From positions 1,312,001 to 1,376,000 of the forward strand of contig OY762825.2 in assembly GCA_963666425.2 (NCBI GenBank): 64,000 bases of DNA. The letters run 5' to 3'. Numbering within the stretch: the stretch's first letter is position 1; each line of letters begins with the position of its first letter. Under the pieces are notes generated by a model that worked only from the letters and a program-made list of their open reading frames with translations, did not search any database and had not been told where the DNA came from. Of this stretch, positions 48,487-57,895 are shown in pieces. The position numbers were made by a program, and so were the translations under genes. Source of the stretch: Bacillota bacterium. Its GTDB lineage: Bacteria > Bacillota > JAAYKD01.

Positions 48487-49011
48487 ATGACAAACGCTGA
48501 AATGCAAAAAACGATGAATTGGCTGCTTGCTCAGCCAACTCCGCTCCAATTCAGGTATTGGTTTGAATGCTCGATGACAAGGCAGGCCGAAGACCGCGCC
48601 TGGGCATATCACACCAGTATGGAAGAAGAAAAAGAAAATTTAGAAACGCTGATCCCCAAATTGCTGCCGCAAGGAATGCATACACGGTCACATTATTTCC
48701 GGGTCGGCGGCCAGGAAGGCAGTGAAAATCAAGGCTTTATCTGGTTCGGTGTCCTACCCGGACTATCAAAAGGATCCATCGCTTTAATTGATATTCTGGT
48801 GGATTCGGATACCCGTGGTCAGGGGCTCGGGCGCTACATGCTAACAGCCATGCTGCAGTCTTTAAAAAAAGAAGGTTATCAAATCGTGATCCTGGAAGTC
48901 CGTCAGGATAACAAAGCGGCGATCGATCTCTATACTTCTCTCGGATTTACGCCGAGCAGAACGGTGGACGGAGTCAATCGGATGCATTTACACTTATCCC
49001 GGATCGAATGA
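48487..49011 (+). CDS. GNAT family acetyltransferase
   Basis: TRGQGLG, NKAAIDLYTSLGF; AAGGAGG RBS. Confidence 0.85.
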   Translation: MTNAEMQKTMNWLLAQPTPLQFRYWFECSMTRQAEDRAWAYHTSMEEEKENLETLIPKLLPQGMHTRSHYFRVGGQEGSENQGFIWFGVLPGLSKGSIALIDILVDSDTRGQGLGRYMLTAMLQSLKKEGYQIVILEVRQDNKAAIDLYTSLGFTPSRTVDGVNRMHLHLSRIE

Positions 49012-49356
49012 TTGCTTTTCGAACACAATCCATTACGAAGCATAAGAGTGCCTTTTCCCTTGCCGCTTTGCCCGCTCGGCAGTCAACCGCGCAGCGACTG
49101 GAATCAGGCACTCCGATTCTTCTGTTAAACAGCAAAAGCCGGGTATTGCTCTGTCTGCCTGATCCATATAGAGGCAGTAAAGCAATACCCGGCTTTCATG
49201 AATATGTTTTGCCGGTGAAGATGATCCGGCCAGACCGCGCCTGCTCCTGACCTGCTTTGTTTTTAGCGATGCGATAAAGCAGCAAGAACGCCAACAGCTC
49301 GTCAGAGCAGACGGCGTTTTTTTATCTCCAATCTCTTGTGCGAAAAAGACGCTCCT

Positions 49357-49701
49357 CTATTGTTCGGCGTCAACGGAGTGTTCAGCCGGTGTCTGGCCCT
49401 TAGCACTCCCGTCTTTCAGCACAACAAGACGCCAGGTTACGACGCCATCCGGACAGACAAAATCCATGCAGCCGGGTTCTCTGCCACCCAGATTGCGCAG
49501 ATCACCGCCGCTGCGTGCCGCTTCCATGATCGGAAAGGCTTTCAGCATCGTCTTGGAGCAGAGGCCGCCGGGACAGCCGTAGCTGCAATGAAAGCGATCT
49601 CCCGGCTGATGACCGACACGGCAGCGCTGCGGCTGATCATCCGGTGCAAGGTGCAATACTTCCAACCTGAAAGAATACTCCTCCGCATACCAAGCCTGCA
49701 T
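49357..49701 (-). CDS. TIGR04076-like Cys-containing protein
   Basis: CRVGH..GD.F, CP.GLC, CPDG.V. Confidence 0.7.
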   Translation of the reverse strand: MQAWYAEEYSFRLEVLHLAPDDQPQRCRVGHQPGDRFHCSYGCPGGLCSKTMLKAFPIMEAARSGGDLRNLGGREPGCMDFVCPDGVVTWRLVVLKDGSAKGQTPAEHSVDAEQ

Positions 49702-49723
49702 AGCCAATCTCTCCTCTTCATTA

Positions 49724-51163
49724 TTATCTGTATTTCATAATCAATTCATGTTTGACATCCCACAATTTCTGGGAAAGATCAACATAATAATGCTGCGGAT
49801 TGTCAAAACGTTTGACTTCGTCCCAAAGAGTGTCCAACTGCTGCTGACAGTAATCCCGGATCTCGTCGATTTTTGGCAAGCGATAAACACATTGGCCAGC
49901 CAGGAAAATCGGTTTTAAGAGTTCCACCGCCGTATAATTCGTGATGGTTTTGCGTTTCCAAACGGCATCCGGATCGAAAAGCTCCAGAGGAAGACTTTCA
50001 TCGATCACCTCATCGTGCAGACAAATCAGGTCGGCTCCGGCTTTGCCGTTGGCCTTGTCATAGAGCCGATACACTTTTTTATAAGCGGGGTTATTGATTT
50101 TTGCCTGGTTCTCACTGATTTTTATCTTGGGAATGATGGTCCCATCTGCCGCTTCGATGGCGCACAGCTTATAGACACCGCCAAAAACAGGTTCACTTCT
50201 GGAGGTGATCAGGCGTTCGCCAACGCCGAAAGAATCGATGCAGGCTTCCTGGCTGATCAGAGTGCCGATCAGGTATTCGTCCAAAGCATTGGAAGCCACA
50301 ATCTTGCATTGAGGCAGGCCGGCGGCGTCCAACATTTTCCGTGCCATTTTGGTCAGGTAGGCTAAATCGCCGGAATCGATCCGAATGCCGCATTTGCTGA
50401 CGCCTTGCGGCAGTAAAATTTCTTTGAAAGCGCGGATCGCATTGGGCACCCCGCTGTGTAAAACATTATAGGTATCTACCAGGAGTACTGCGTTGCTTGG
50501 ATAACGCTGGCAATAAGTAGCAAACGCTGCATATTCTGTATCGAACATCTGCACCCAGGAATGCGACATCGTACCCAACGCAGGCACATGATACATCTCA
50601 TCCGTTAGGGTGCAGGCAGTGCCGATGCAACCGCCGATATAAGCCGCCCGTGCTCCCAGCACCGCTGCATCGCTGCCGGCGGCGCGGCGCGAACCAAATT
50701 CCATCACCGGTCTGCCTTTGGCTGCCCGGACAATGCGGCTGGCTTTGGTTGCGATCAGCGATTGATGATTGAGAGTCAAGAGTAAAAACGTCTCCACCAG
50801 CTGCGCCTCAATGGCTTTGGCCCGTACGATCACCATCGGTTCGTTGGGAAAAACAGGAGTTCCTTCCGGAATGGCATAGATATCACCGCTGAAATGGAAA
50901 TTGGCCAGATAGGTGAGGAATTCTTCGCTGAAGATTCCCTTATTGCGTAAAAATGCAATATCATTTGCATCAAAATGTAAGTTTTCGATATATTCCACCA
51001 ATTGCTCCAAACCCGCTGTAATGGCAAAGCCTCCCTGGTCGGGAACGCTGCGATAGAATAAATCAAAATAAACGATTCTGTCTGCCATGCCGCTGAGCAA
51101 ATAACCATTGCCCATGGTCAGCTCATAATAATCACAGAGTAAAGATAAATTATCGCGTCTCAC
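49724..51163 (-). CDS. pncB: Nicotinate phosphoribosyltransferase
   Basis: DYYELTM, EFGSRR, GTMSHS, VDTY, RIDSGD, GVYKL; GTG start after GAGGGG. Confidence 0.95.
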   Translation of the reverse strand: MRRDNLSLLCDYYELTMGNGYLLSGMADRIVYFDLFYRSVPDQGGFAITAGLEQLVEYIENLHFDANDIAFLRNKGIFSEEFLTYLANFHFSGDIYAIPEGTPVFPNEPMVIVRAKAIEAQLVETFLLLTLNHQSLIATKASRIVRAAKGRPVMEFGSRRAAGSDAAVLGARAAYIGGCIGTACTLTDEMYHVPALGTMSHSWVQMFDTEYAAFATYCQRYPSNAVLLVDTYNVLHSGVPNAIRAFKEILLPQGVSKCGIRIDSGDLAYLTKMARKMLDAAGLPQCKIVASNALDEYLIGTLISQEACIDSFGVGERLITSRSEPVFGGVYKLCAIEAADGTIIPKIKISENQAKINNPAYKKVYRLYDKANGKAGADLICLHDEVIDESLPLELFDPDAVWKRKTITNYTAVELLKPIFLAGQCVYRLPKIDEIRDYCQQQLDTLWDEVKRFDNPQHYYVDLSQKLWDVKHELIMKYR

Positions 51164-51286
51164 TGAATAATCCCCTCTCCACTTAATCAACACCTGTTGC
51201 GTCTGCTATTGTCTTAACTTCGACACTTTATATTTTTTACCTGCTTTGGCTTTGGGCAATTCACTGCAAGCGCAGAGCATCAACCA

Positions 51287-51319
51287 TTTCAGATTGTTTT
51301 CAGCTTGAAGATTTATGAT
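51287..51319 (+). promoter_or_regulatory. Direct-repeat activator site plus -10
   Basis: TTTCAG-N5-TTTCAG followed by TATGAT. Confidence 0.55.
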
Positions 51320-51327
51320 CAGCAGCG

Positions 51328-52320
51328 ATGAAAGAACTCCTTTTTATCATCAATTCAAACCAGAAAGGCCGAATCAACCATGAGAAAGTTTTTTTGAAAC
51401 CGTACCGCTGGGCAATCCTCTATGCTCTTTTGATGATCTTTTGCGTCAGTTACGTTTTATTGGATACCTTTGTCATCCCACGCGCGCTTCCCTCTTTGTC
51501 AACCACTGCCGCCGCCGGTACGATCACCCTCGCCAGTGATACAAACTCAGCAAACGCCGGATCTACAGCGAAAACAACTGCCGCAGCCCTCGTTACTGCG
51601 AATTCGTATCAGGATGAAAACATCAAAATCAGCATTGAAACGCTCTACGAAGAGGATACCGCCATCTATCTGGCCGATATTCAGCTCTCTAGCCTCGATT
51701 ATTTCAAAACAGCTTTGGCGGCAAACAGCTATGGCCGTAATATTACCGCTGCCACTTCGGATATGGCGGCAGCCAACCAGGCGATTTTTGCCATCAATGG
51801 TGATTACTATGGCTTTCGCAATACCGGTTTCGTGTTGCGCAACGGTATTCTCTATCGGGACACGGCGCGCACCGCCGCTAGTGACGAAGCTTTACTGATC
51901 GATCAGTACGGGGATTTTTCGATCATCCATGAAAATGCAACCGACGCGCAGGCGCTGGCGAATGCCGGTGCCTGGCAGATCTTTTCTTTCGGTCCCGCCT
52001 TGGTTGAAGAGGGGCAGCTCACGGTCAGCCAAAGCAGTGAAGTCAGCCAATCAATGACCAGCAATCCGCGTACCGCCATCGGTCAAATCTCTCCGCTGCA
52101 CTATCTCGTCATCGTCTCGGACGGCCGCAGCACAACGAGTGCCGGTTTATCGCTGCTGCAATTGGCGGAACTATTTGTGGAACGTGGCTGTACGGTTGCC
52201 TATAATCTGGACGGAGGTGGTTCCTCCACCATGTGGTTCAATGGCCAAGTGATCAATCATCCCGCCAATGGGAAATCTTCTGCCGAACGGAGTGTGAGTG
52301 ACATTGTTTACATCGGTTAA
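51328..52320 (+). CDS. Phosphodiester glycosidase (DUF2233/NAGPA) family membrane-anchored protein; 5' end possibly frameshifted
   Basis: AINGDYY, FGP.LV, NPRTAIG, DGR, NLDGGGS, ERSVSD. Confidence 0.88.
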   Translation: MKELLFIINSNQKGRINHEKVFLKPYRWAILYALLMIFCVSYVLLDTFVIPRALPSLSTTAAAGTITLASDTNSANAGSTAKTTAAALVTANSYQDENIKISIETLYEEDTAIYLADIQLSSLDYFKTALAANSYGRNITAATSDMAAANQAIFAINGDYYGFRNTGFVLRNGILYRDTARTAASDEALLIDQYGDFSIIHENATDAQALANAGAWQIFSFGPALVEEGQLTVSQSSEVSQSMTSNPRTAIGQISPLHYLVIVSDGRSTTSAGLSLLQLAELFVERGCTVAYNLDGGGSSTMWFNGQVINHPANGKSSAERSVSDIVYIG

Positions 52321-52732
52321 AAGGCTTCCAAAACAAAATCGAACCCTCGTTAAAACAGCAATCGCTTATCTGATGATGGCCATTTTCTGTTTTGTTTTCC
52401 AGCAGGTTTACAACCTGTTTGGTCATGGTGTCACTTCCGCTGCGCTGTCGCTGATCTTTCTCTATCCTTTATTGGCAGGTGTTCTGCCGTTTTTCCTGCT
52501 CTCTTTGCTGCTGCCGCAGGCTGGCAAGCTGGCGAATGCTCGTTTTTCTTTCAACTGCTACCACTCCGGCATCGCCACTCTGACTGTCGGCAGCCTACTG
52601 CAGGGTATTTTCGAAATTGCCGGCACCGGTTCACCCTATACTGTGCTCTTTCTGCTGATCGGCAGCCTTTTTGTCTTGATTGGTCTCGTCGGTTTTGCAA
52701 TTGCGCTCCGACGACACTCTCTCATCGCTTGA
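52298..52732 (+). CDS. Hypothetical 4-TM membrane protein
   Basis: Hydrophobic; F.HGV.S and SGIATL..GS...GIFEIAGT motifs; overlaps the upstream gene. Confidence 0.7.
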   Translation: MTLFTSVKRLPKQNRTLVKTAIAYLMMAIFCFVFQQVYNLFGHGVTSAALSLIFLYPLLAGVLPFFLLSLLLPQAGKLANARFSFNCYHSGIATLTVGSLLQGIFEIAGTGSPYTVLFLLIGSLFVLIGLVGFAIALRRHSLIA

Positions 52733-52863
52733 GATTTTGTTGCCGCCGCTGTTTTGCTTGCAAATGCAGTCGCCTTGCTTTGCTGCCGGATTATTTCAAT
52801 CTGATGCAGGTAATCCCGAGGGAACGTAGAAATAGATGGTAAAATCTTTTAGGAGGCGAAAGA

Positions 52864-54657
52864 ATGGCAAAACAATTATTGAGAAGTGAAGTTCCCGCGG
52901 ATCAAACCTGGCGAGTATCCGACATTTTCCCCAGCGTTGAAGTCTGGGAAACCGAATTGGCGAATCTGAAAACCATGATTGCTGCCGTCACTCAATACCA
53001 AGGTAAATTGGGCAACAGTTCCACCATGCTGCGCGAATGTCTTGAAGCGCTGGAAACCCTGATGGGCAAGGCGTCGCAAGTGTTCAGTTATGCTTCTTTA
53101 AATATTGCCAGCGACGGCACCAACCATGCTTATCAAGCCATGTCTGGCAAAGCAAGCGCCGCTATGGCCGAATTGCAGGCGCAGACTTCCTTTATCCAGA
53201 GTGAAGCGTTGGCTCTACCCGATGGCACCCTGGAAAAATACCTGCAAGCAGATGAAAGTTTAGCACCATTTCGCTTTACGATTCAAAAATGGATCGAACA
53301 CAAGCCCTATATGCTCGCTCCGGAAACGGAAATGGTTTTAGCCGCGCTCGGTCAGGTACTCAACGCTCCGGCTGAAATTTACGAACGCTCCCGCTCTGCC
53401 GATTTGAAATGCGATATGATCATGGACGGCAAAGGCAACAGTTATGCCATGGGACTTGGCAAACACGATTCCGATGCGGATGCAACCCTGCGCCGCAACG
53501 CTTACAGTGAGCTCAGTCAGAAATTAGGTCATTATAATAATACCTATGGCGCCGCCTGGGGTTTGGAAGTCAAGAAAAATGTAGTCACCGCTAAACTGCG
53601 CGGTTATGGCTCTGCCGTCGAGATGCTGCTGCACCGACAGGAAGTCACGACCGATATCTATAATAATCTGCACGATGTCATTCTGACCGAACTGGCGCCG
53701 CACTGGCGGAAATTAGCCAAACTGCGCAAAGAAGTGCTCGGTATGGACGAGATGCTCTACTGCGATATCGAAGCGCCGCTCGATCCGGAATTCAGCCCAG
53801 CTGTGACTTATGAAGAAGCCTCAAAATTGGTTTTGGACGGTGTTTCTGTTTTAGGCGAAGAATATACCGAAATCATCCGCAAAGGTTTAACCGAACACTG
53901 GATCGATCGTGCCGACAACGCCGGCAAACGCACCGGAGCTTTCTGCAACACGGTTTATGGTGTGCATCCTTACATCAGCATGAGTTGGTCCGGCCAAATG
54001 CGCAACGCTTTAACCATGGCGCATGAACTCGGTCATGCCGGACAAGGTGTTTTTGCCACACGTTATCAACGGCTCTCCAATGCCAGACCAACCATGTTCT
54101 TTATTGAAGCGCCTTCCACGATCAATGAATTATTGGTCGCCAACCGGATCCTGGCCAAAGCAGACAGTGCCAGAATGCGTCTCTGGGTCATCACGCAAAT
54201 GCTGACTTCCTATCATCATAACTTTGTCCGCCACCTGATCGAAGGCGAATTGCAGCGCCGCACCTACGCTTTAGCAGAAAAGGGTATACCGATTTCCGCA
54301 TCGATACTGAATAAAGTACAGGGCGAAATCCTGGAAGAATTCTATGGCGGTGAAGTCGTCATCGACGATAACGCCAAACTGGTCTGGATGCGTCAATCTC
54401 ACTACTATAACGGCTTATATCCCTACAGCTATTCGGCTGGTTTGACCGTCGGCACAGCGGTTTCCCAAAAAATCGAAAAAGAAGGCAGCAAAGCTGCCGA
54501 ACGCTGGATCGAAGTCTTAAAAGCCGGCGGTACCCTGAAACCGTTGGAACTCTGCCAACTGGCCGGTGTTGACATGAGCAAAAAGGAAACCATTCAATCG
54601 GCGGTCGCCTATGTTGGTTCCCTGGTTGATGAAGTCGTAGCCAGTTACAAAAAATAA
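52864..54657 (+). CDS. pepF: Oligoendopeptidase F (M3B)
   Basis: GKRTGAF, HELGH, EAPST.NE, HYY..LYPYSY. Confidence 0.93.
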   Translation: MAKQLLRSEVPADQTWRVSDIFPSVEVWETELANLKTMIAAVTQYQGKLGNSSTMLRECLEALETLMGKASQVFSYASLNIASDGTNHAYQAMSGKASAAMAELQAQTSFIQSEALALPDGTLEKYLQADESLAPFRFTIQKWIEHKPYMLAPETEMVLAALGQVLNAPAEIYERSRSADLKCDMIMDGKGNSYAMGLGKHDSDADATLRRNAYSELSQKLGHYNNTYGAAWGLEVKKNVVTAKLRGYGSAVEMLLHRQEVTTDIYNNLHDVILTELAPHWRKLAKLRKEVLGMDEMLYCDIEAPLDPEFSPAVTYEEASKLVLDGVSVLGEEYTEIIRKGLTEHWIDRADNAGKRTGAFCNTVYGVHPYISMSWSGQMRNALTMAHELGHAGQGVFATRYQRLSNARPTMFFIEAPSTINELLVANRILAKADSARMRLWVITQMLTSYHHNFVRHLIEGELQRRTYALAEKGIPISASILNKVQGEILEEFYGGEVVIDDNAKLVWMRQSHYYNGLYPYSYSAGLTVGTAVSQKIEKEGSKAAERWIEVLKAGGTLKPLELCQLAGVDMSKKETIQSAVAYVGSLVDEVVASYKK

Positions 54658-54702
54658 GTAAACGCAAAGCCAGTCTCAGCAATCAGCAATACCCAATCAA
54701 AG

Positions 54703-54768
54703 AAAAAAGCTCCTCAAAGGCGGCCGATGGTGATCAAGAACCATCGAACGCCGCTGAGGAGCTTTTTT
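54703..54768. terminator. Long bidirectional terminator
   Basis: AAAAAAGCTCCTCA...TGAGGAGCTTTTTT. Confidence 0.85.
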
Positions 54769-54795
54769 ACTGAAATTTCTTTTCCCGACTGCTGC

Positions 54796-55524
54796 TTATT
54801 TGGCATCCACCAACGCCTGCAGCGCAGTCTTGACTGTTTCAAAATCCAACTGCTGTTCTGTGCAGTAGGTTTTGATGACGGTCAGCGGATTGGGCAAGGT
54901 TTTTCCAATCACCGTTTCCGCTTCTTTTTGGCTGACACCGGCATCCAGCACTTCCCGGAACGTCGTCGAGCCTTTGATCACGAAGCCGTCTGTGGTTGCC
55001 GGCACTTTCTCCGGACTGCTGCCGGTGTTCCCCTCATTGCTCAGCTCCACCGTGATTGCTGCCAATCCTGCGGCTGCTTCTGCCGATAGCTTACCTGAGG
55101 CAATCAGGATTTCCACCGCCGGCTGCGGTAAATAGACCGTTTCGGTCAATTCATAGGGCAGTCCCGTGTAGAGAGAAACAAAATACTTAACGGAACTGGT
55201 ACCGATTTCTGTTCCGGCCGCTGCCTGCGATTCATAGATCGTTTCCAGTGATTTTAACTGAAAAGCACCTGCATCCGCTGCCGTTACCCCAAAAGCCTGG
55301 GCCAAAATGCTCGTATCAATCTGAAACGATTGCTCGATGCCAGCAAAAGTATAAGAACCGCGAATATCGGCCGGATTAAATTCTCCCGCATAAGCGCCGG
55401 ATGTAAACTTGGCGGGTTGGCCGGAATTTTCCGTCTGCCAGTAGCCCAACGCATCCGCCAGGAAAACCGAACCGAAAATTACGGAGAGAACGACCATTGC
55501 CAAAACAACAGATTTTAATTTCAT
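54796..55524 (-). CDS. Membrane-anchored hypothetical protein with an internal repeat
   Basis: N-terminal TM; DIRGSYTF / VIKGSTTF repeats; ATGA overlap with the upstream gene. Confidence 0.75.
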   Translation of the reverse strand: MKLKSVVLAMVVLSVIFGSVFLADALGYWQTENSGQPAKFTSGAYAGEFNPADIRGSYTFAGIEQSFQIDTSILAQAFGVTAADAGAFQLKSLETIYESQAAAGTEIGTSSVKYFVSLYTGLPYELTETVYLPQPAVEILIASGKLSAEAAAGLAAITVELSNEGNTGSSPEKVPATTDGFVIKGSTTFREVLDAGVSQKEAETVIGKTLPNPLTVIKTYCTEQQLDFETVKTALQALVDAK

Positions 55525-56378
55525 GCTTTTTCCCCCTTTCCGATTTGCAATGCCACGGTTTTGGCAATCGGGCAGGCTTGTTCCGATGTGCATTTTAAGC
55601 AGGAAATGCATTGATGATTTCTCACCGTAGCAGTATCACTGACGGTGATGTTCATCGGGCAGGCTCTGTCGCAGGCGCCGCACTGAATGCAGGTCTCGGT
55701 ATTGCGTTTGATCTTGAAAATACGGAAAAAATTGGTTAAACCAAGCACAGCACCGTAGGGGCAGGCATATTTGCACCACGGACGCTCCACAAACAAAGAA
55801 GCGATAGCGGTAAGAGCCAAAAGAGTCAGTGCCGCCGGAGTTAACTCATTGGTCCAGAGATTGAAAAGTGCGTAATAAGGGTCAACCCCTTGAAAAATCA
55901 GTTTTCCGGTCACAGCCGTTTGATATACAACAGCCGCCAGCACCAAATAGCGGAGATAGCGTAACACTTTATCCACTTTGGCGGGGATAAAATGGTTAAA
56001 ACGTTTGCCGTTCAATTTCCTGCCAAGCTTGCTGATCAGCTCCTGAACCGTGCCGAAGGGGCAAACCCAACCGCAGAGAGCCGGACCTGCCAATACGGCA
56101 AGCACCAGAGCAGCCAGCATCAAGACAAAGGAAGATTCGTGGATTTTCTGCACAAAAGTGCCGACGGTGAAAAACTGATAAAGCGATACCACACCGCCAA
56201 AGGGACAAATAGCGTGCAGAGAAGCGTTCGGTAAAAACGCCAGATTGATGCCTATGTCCGTCAGATATTTCTTTAAACTGATTGCTAAAACCAGGATCAA
56301 AAAGAAACCTTGTACCCAGCTTCTGATCTGAGCCTTCTTTGGTTTCCGGTTCGGGGGATTCGTTGTCACATTCGTCAT
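55521..56378 (-). CDS. Membrane 4Fe-4S binding protein (NapH/MauN/YccM-like)
   Basis: CPFGG, CGWVCPFG, CKYACPYG, CIQCGACDRACP, CISCLKC. Confidence 0.88.
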   Translation of the reverse strand: MTNVTTNPPNRKPKKAQIRSWVQGFFLILVLAISLKKYLTDIGINLAFLPNASLHAICPFGGVVSLYQFFTVGTFVQKIHESSFVLMLAALVLAVLAGPALCGWVCPFGTVQELISKLGRKLNGKRFNHFIPAKVDKVLRYLRYLVLAAVVYQTAVTGKLIFQGVDPYYALFNLWTNELTPAALTLLALTAIASLFVERPWCKYACPYGAVLGLTNFFRIFKIKRNTETCIQCGACDRACPMNITVSDTATVRNHQCISCLKCTSEQACPIAKTVALQIGKGEKA

Positions 56379-56558
56379 GCTGTCAACCTCCAGATTTTCA
56401 TTTTGTATTTTGTTTTCCAAGCTTGCTTGAATTCTAATGGAAAAGTGTGTCGAAAACATGGCAAAAGCGTGGAAAAAGAACAACGCTCTCTGAAGAACAG
56501 CCAGTGATAATTCACTGTGCCGCCCGAAAGAGAGCGTTTTCAACAAAAAGAAAACTGT

Positions 56559-57608
56559 TCAATTCTTTTGATTCAGCTTTGCCGAAGATCTTCGCAAAGA
56601 AACATTGGCCGCAAAACCAAGCAGGATCGGGATCCAAAAAGAGATCAGACGATAACTCAAGGTCGCTACGACGCTGACATCCATCGCGATACCCAAAGCG
56701 GTATACATTTTTACCATGATGCTCTCCACAACGCCGACACCGCCCGGAACAAAGAAGGCTACATTGCGTAATAGCAGGGCCATGCTATAGCCCGTGATCA
56801 AGAGAATCGGATTGATCGGATGACCCGCGGCAATAAAGCAGATATAGAGTGAGAACATATCAAAACCAACCATCAGACAGGATCCCGCGACCGGTTTGAC
56901 CCAACCTTTTTTTTGCAGCAGCAGCATACCGTTGAAGAGTTCATCCATTGCTGCACTAATTTCTTCCAGTTTCGCCGGGCGTTTGATCAGGCGAAGAAAA
57001 AACCCGATGGTCAGCAAAACCAGATGCTTAATTCCGTCGCGGTGCTGAAAGCCGAATACCAGAACAATCGCACCACCGGCTAAAATAGCGAAAATCACAA
57101 TGGCTAGAAATTTCTGAAAATCCGTGATCTGATGCATCAGCAACAGATAAAGAAAACTGATTTCTGCCAGAACCAATAAAATCAAATTATTCAGGAGCAC
57201 CGGCAAAAACCCGGTCAGTTTGGAGGCATCCGATGGCTCTTCGTTTTTCGATACCCAATAATAGGTTGTCGCCATCCCGGTCACCCAACCGCCGATCAAA
57301 CCGAGACTGGCGGAGGCCAGGGTAATCAAAGCTCCCCGGAAAACCGTGAATTTAGATTTTCCCAAATTCATGATTGCTTTTAATAAATATCCGCTGCCCA
57401 AATAGCTGCACATTTCAGCCAGAATCGCCAAGCTGACCAACCAGATCGGCATAGATAATAAGACCTGCAGAGAATTCTCCAGGGTTGCCAGACTGGGCAA
57501 CAGGATGTGCACAGCCAAACCGAGCACCAGCAAAGGGACCAGATAGCGGTAGATTCGGCTTTGATTGAGTGGATGGTCTTTCTGTTTCTTCTCCGCGATG
57601 ACTGTCAC
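56559..57608 (-). CDS. Lysylphosphatidylglycerol-synthase TM (UPF0104 flippase-like) protein
   Basis: Multi-TM; PGGVGVVE and YRLISFW. Confidence 0.82.
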   Translation of the reverse strand: MTVIAEKKQKDHPLNQSRIYRYLVPLLVLGLAVHILLPSLATLENSLQVLLSMPIWLVSLAILAEMCSYLGSGYLLKAIMNLGKSKFTVFRGALITLASASLGLIGGWVTGMATTYYWVSKNEEPSDASKLTGFLPVLLNNLILLVLAEISFLYLLLMHQITDFQKFLAIVIFAILAGGAIVLVFGFQHRDGIKHLVLLTIGFFLRLIKRPAKLEEISAAMDELFNGMLLLQKKGWVKPVAGSCLMVGFDMFSLYICFIAAGHPINPILLITGYSMALLLRNVAFFVPGGVGVVESIMVKMYTALGIAMDVSVVATLSYRLISFWIPILLGFAANVSLRRSSAKLNQKN

Positions 57609-57895
57609 CTTCTGTCTTTAAGCACGCTTCTGTTTTCTATTATAACACAATCTGCCAGACTCGTCTGAAAAAAGCGTTTTTCGTTGATAATGATACCACA
57701 AAAAGGCAACGATGCAAGCTGAATGATTGGGCGTTTTCATGTATCACTTTGTCTGTGCCATAGAACCTTTCGCCAGATGACGCTCTGGCCCAGAGGTTGA
57801 AAGTGGAAATTACCCGGCTTCATTACCGAAGTTTTATTGACATCTGCCGGCGGAACAACTAAAATAAATGCATCATGAGAAAGAGGTGATCCGCT

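Noticed and set aside
49008-49250. 80-aa ORF overlapping the GNAT stop
   Set aside because: No recognisable protein features and it lies over hairpins; treated as non-coding but not excluded
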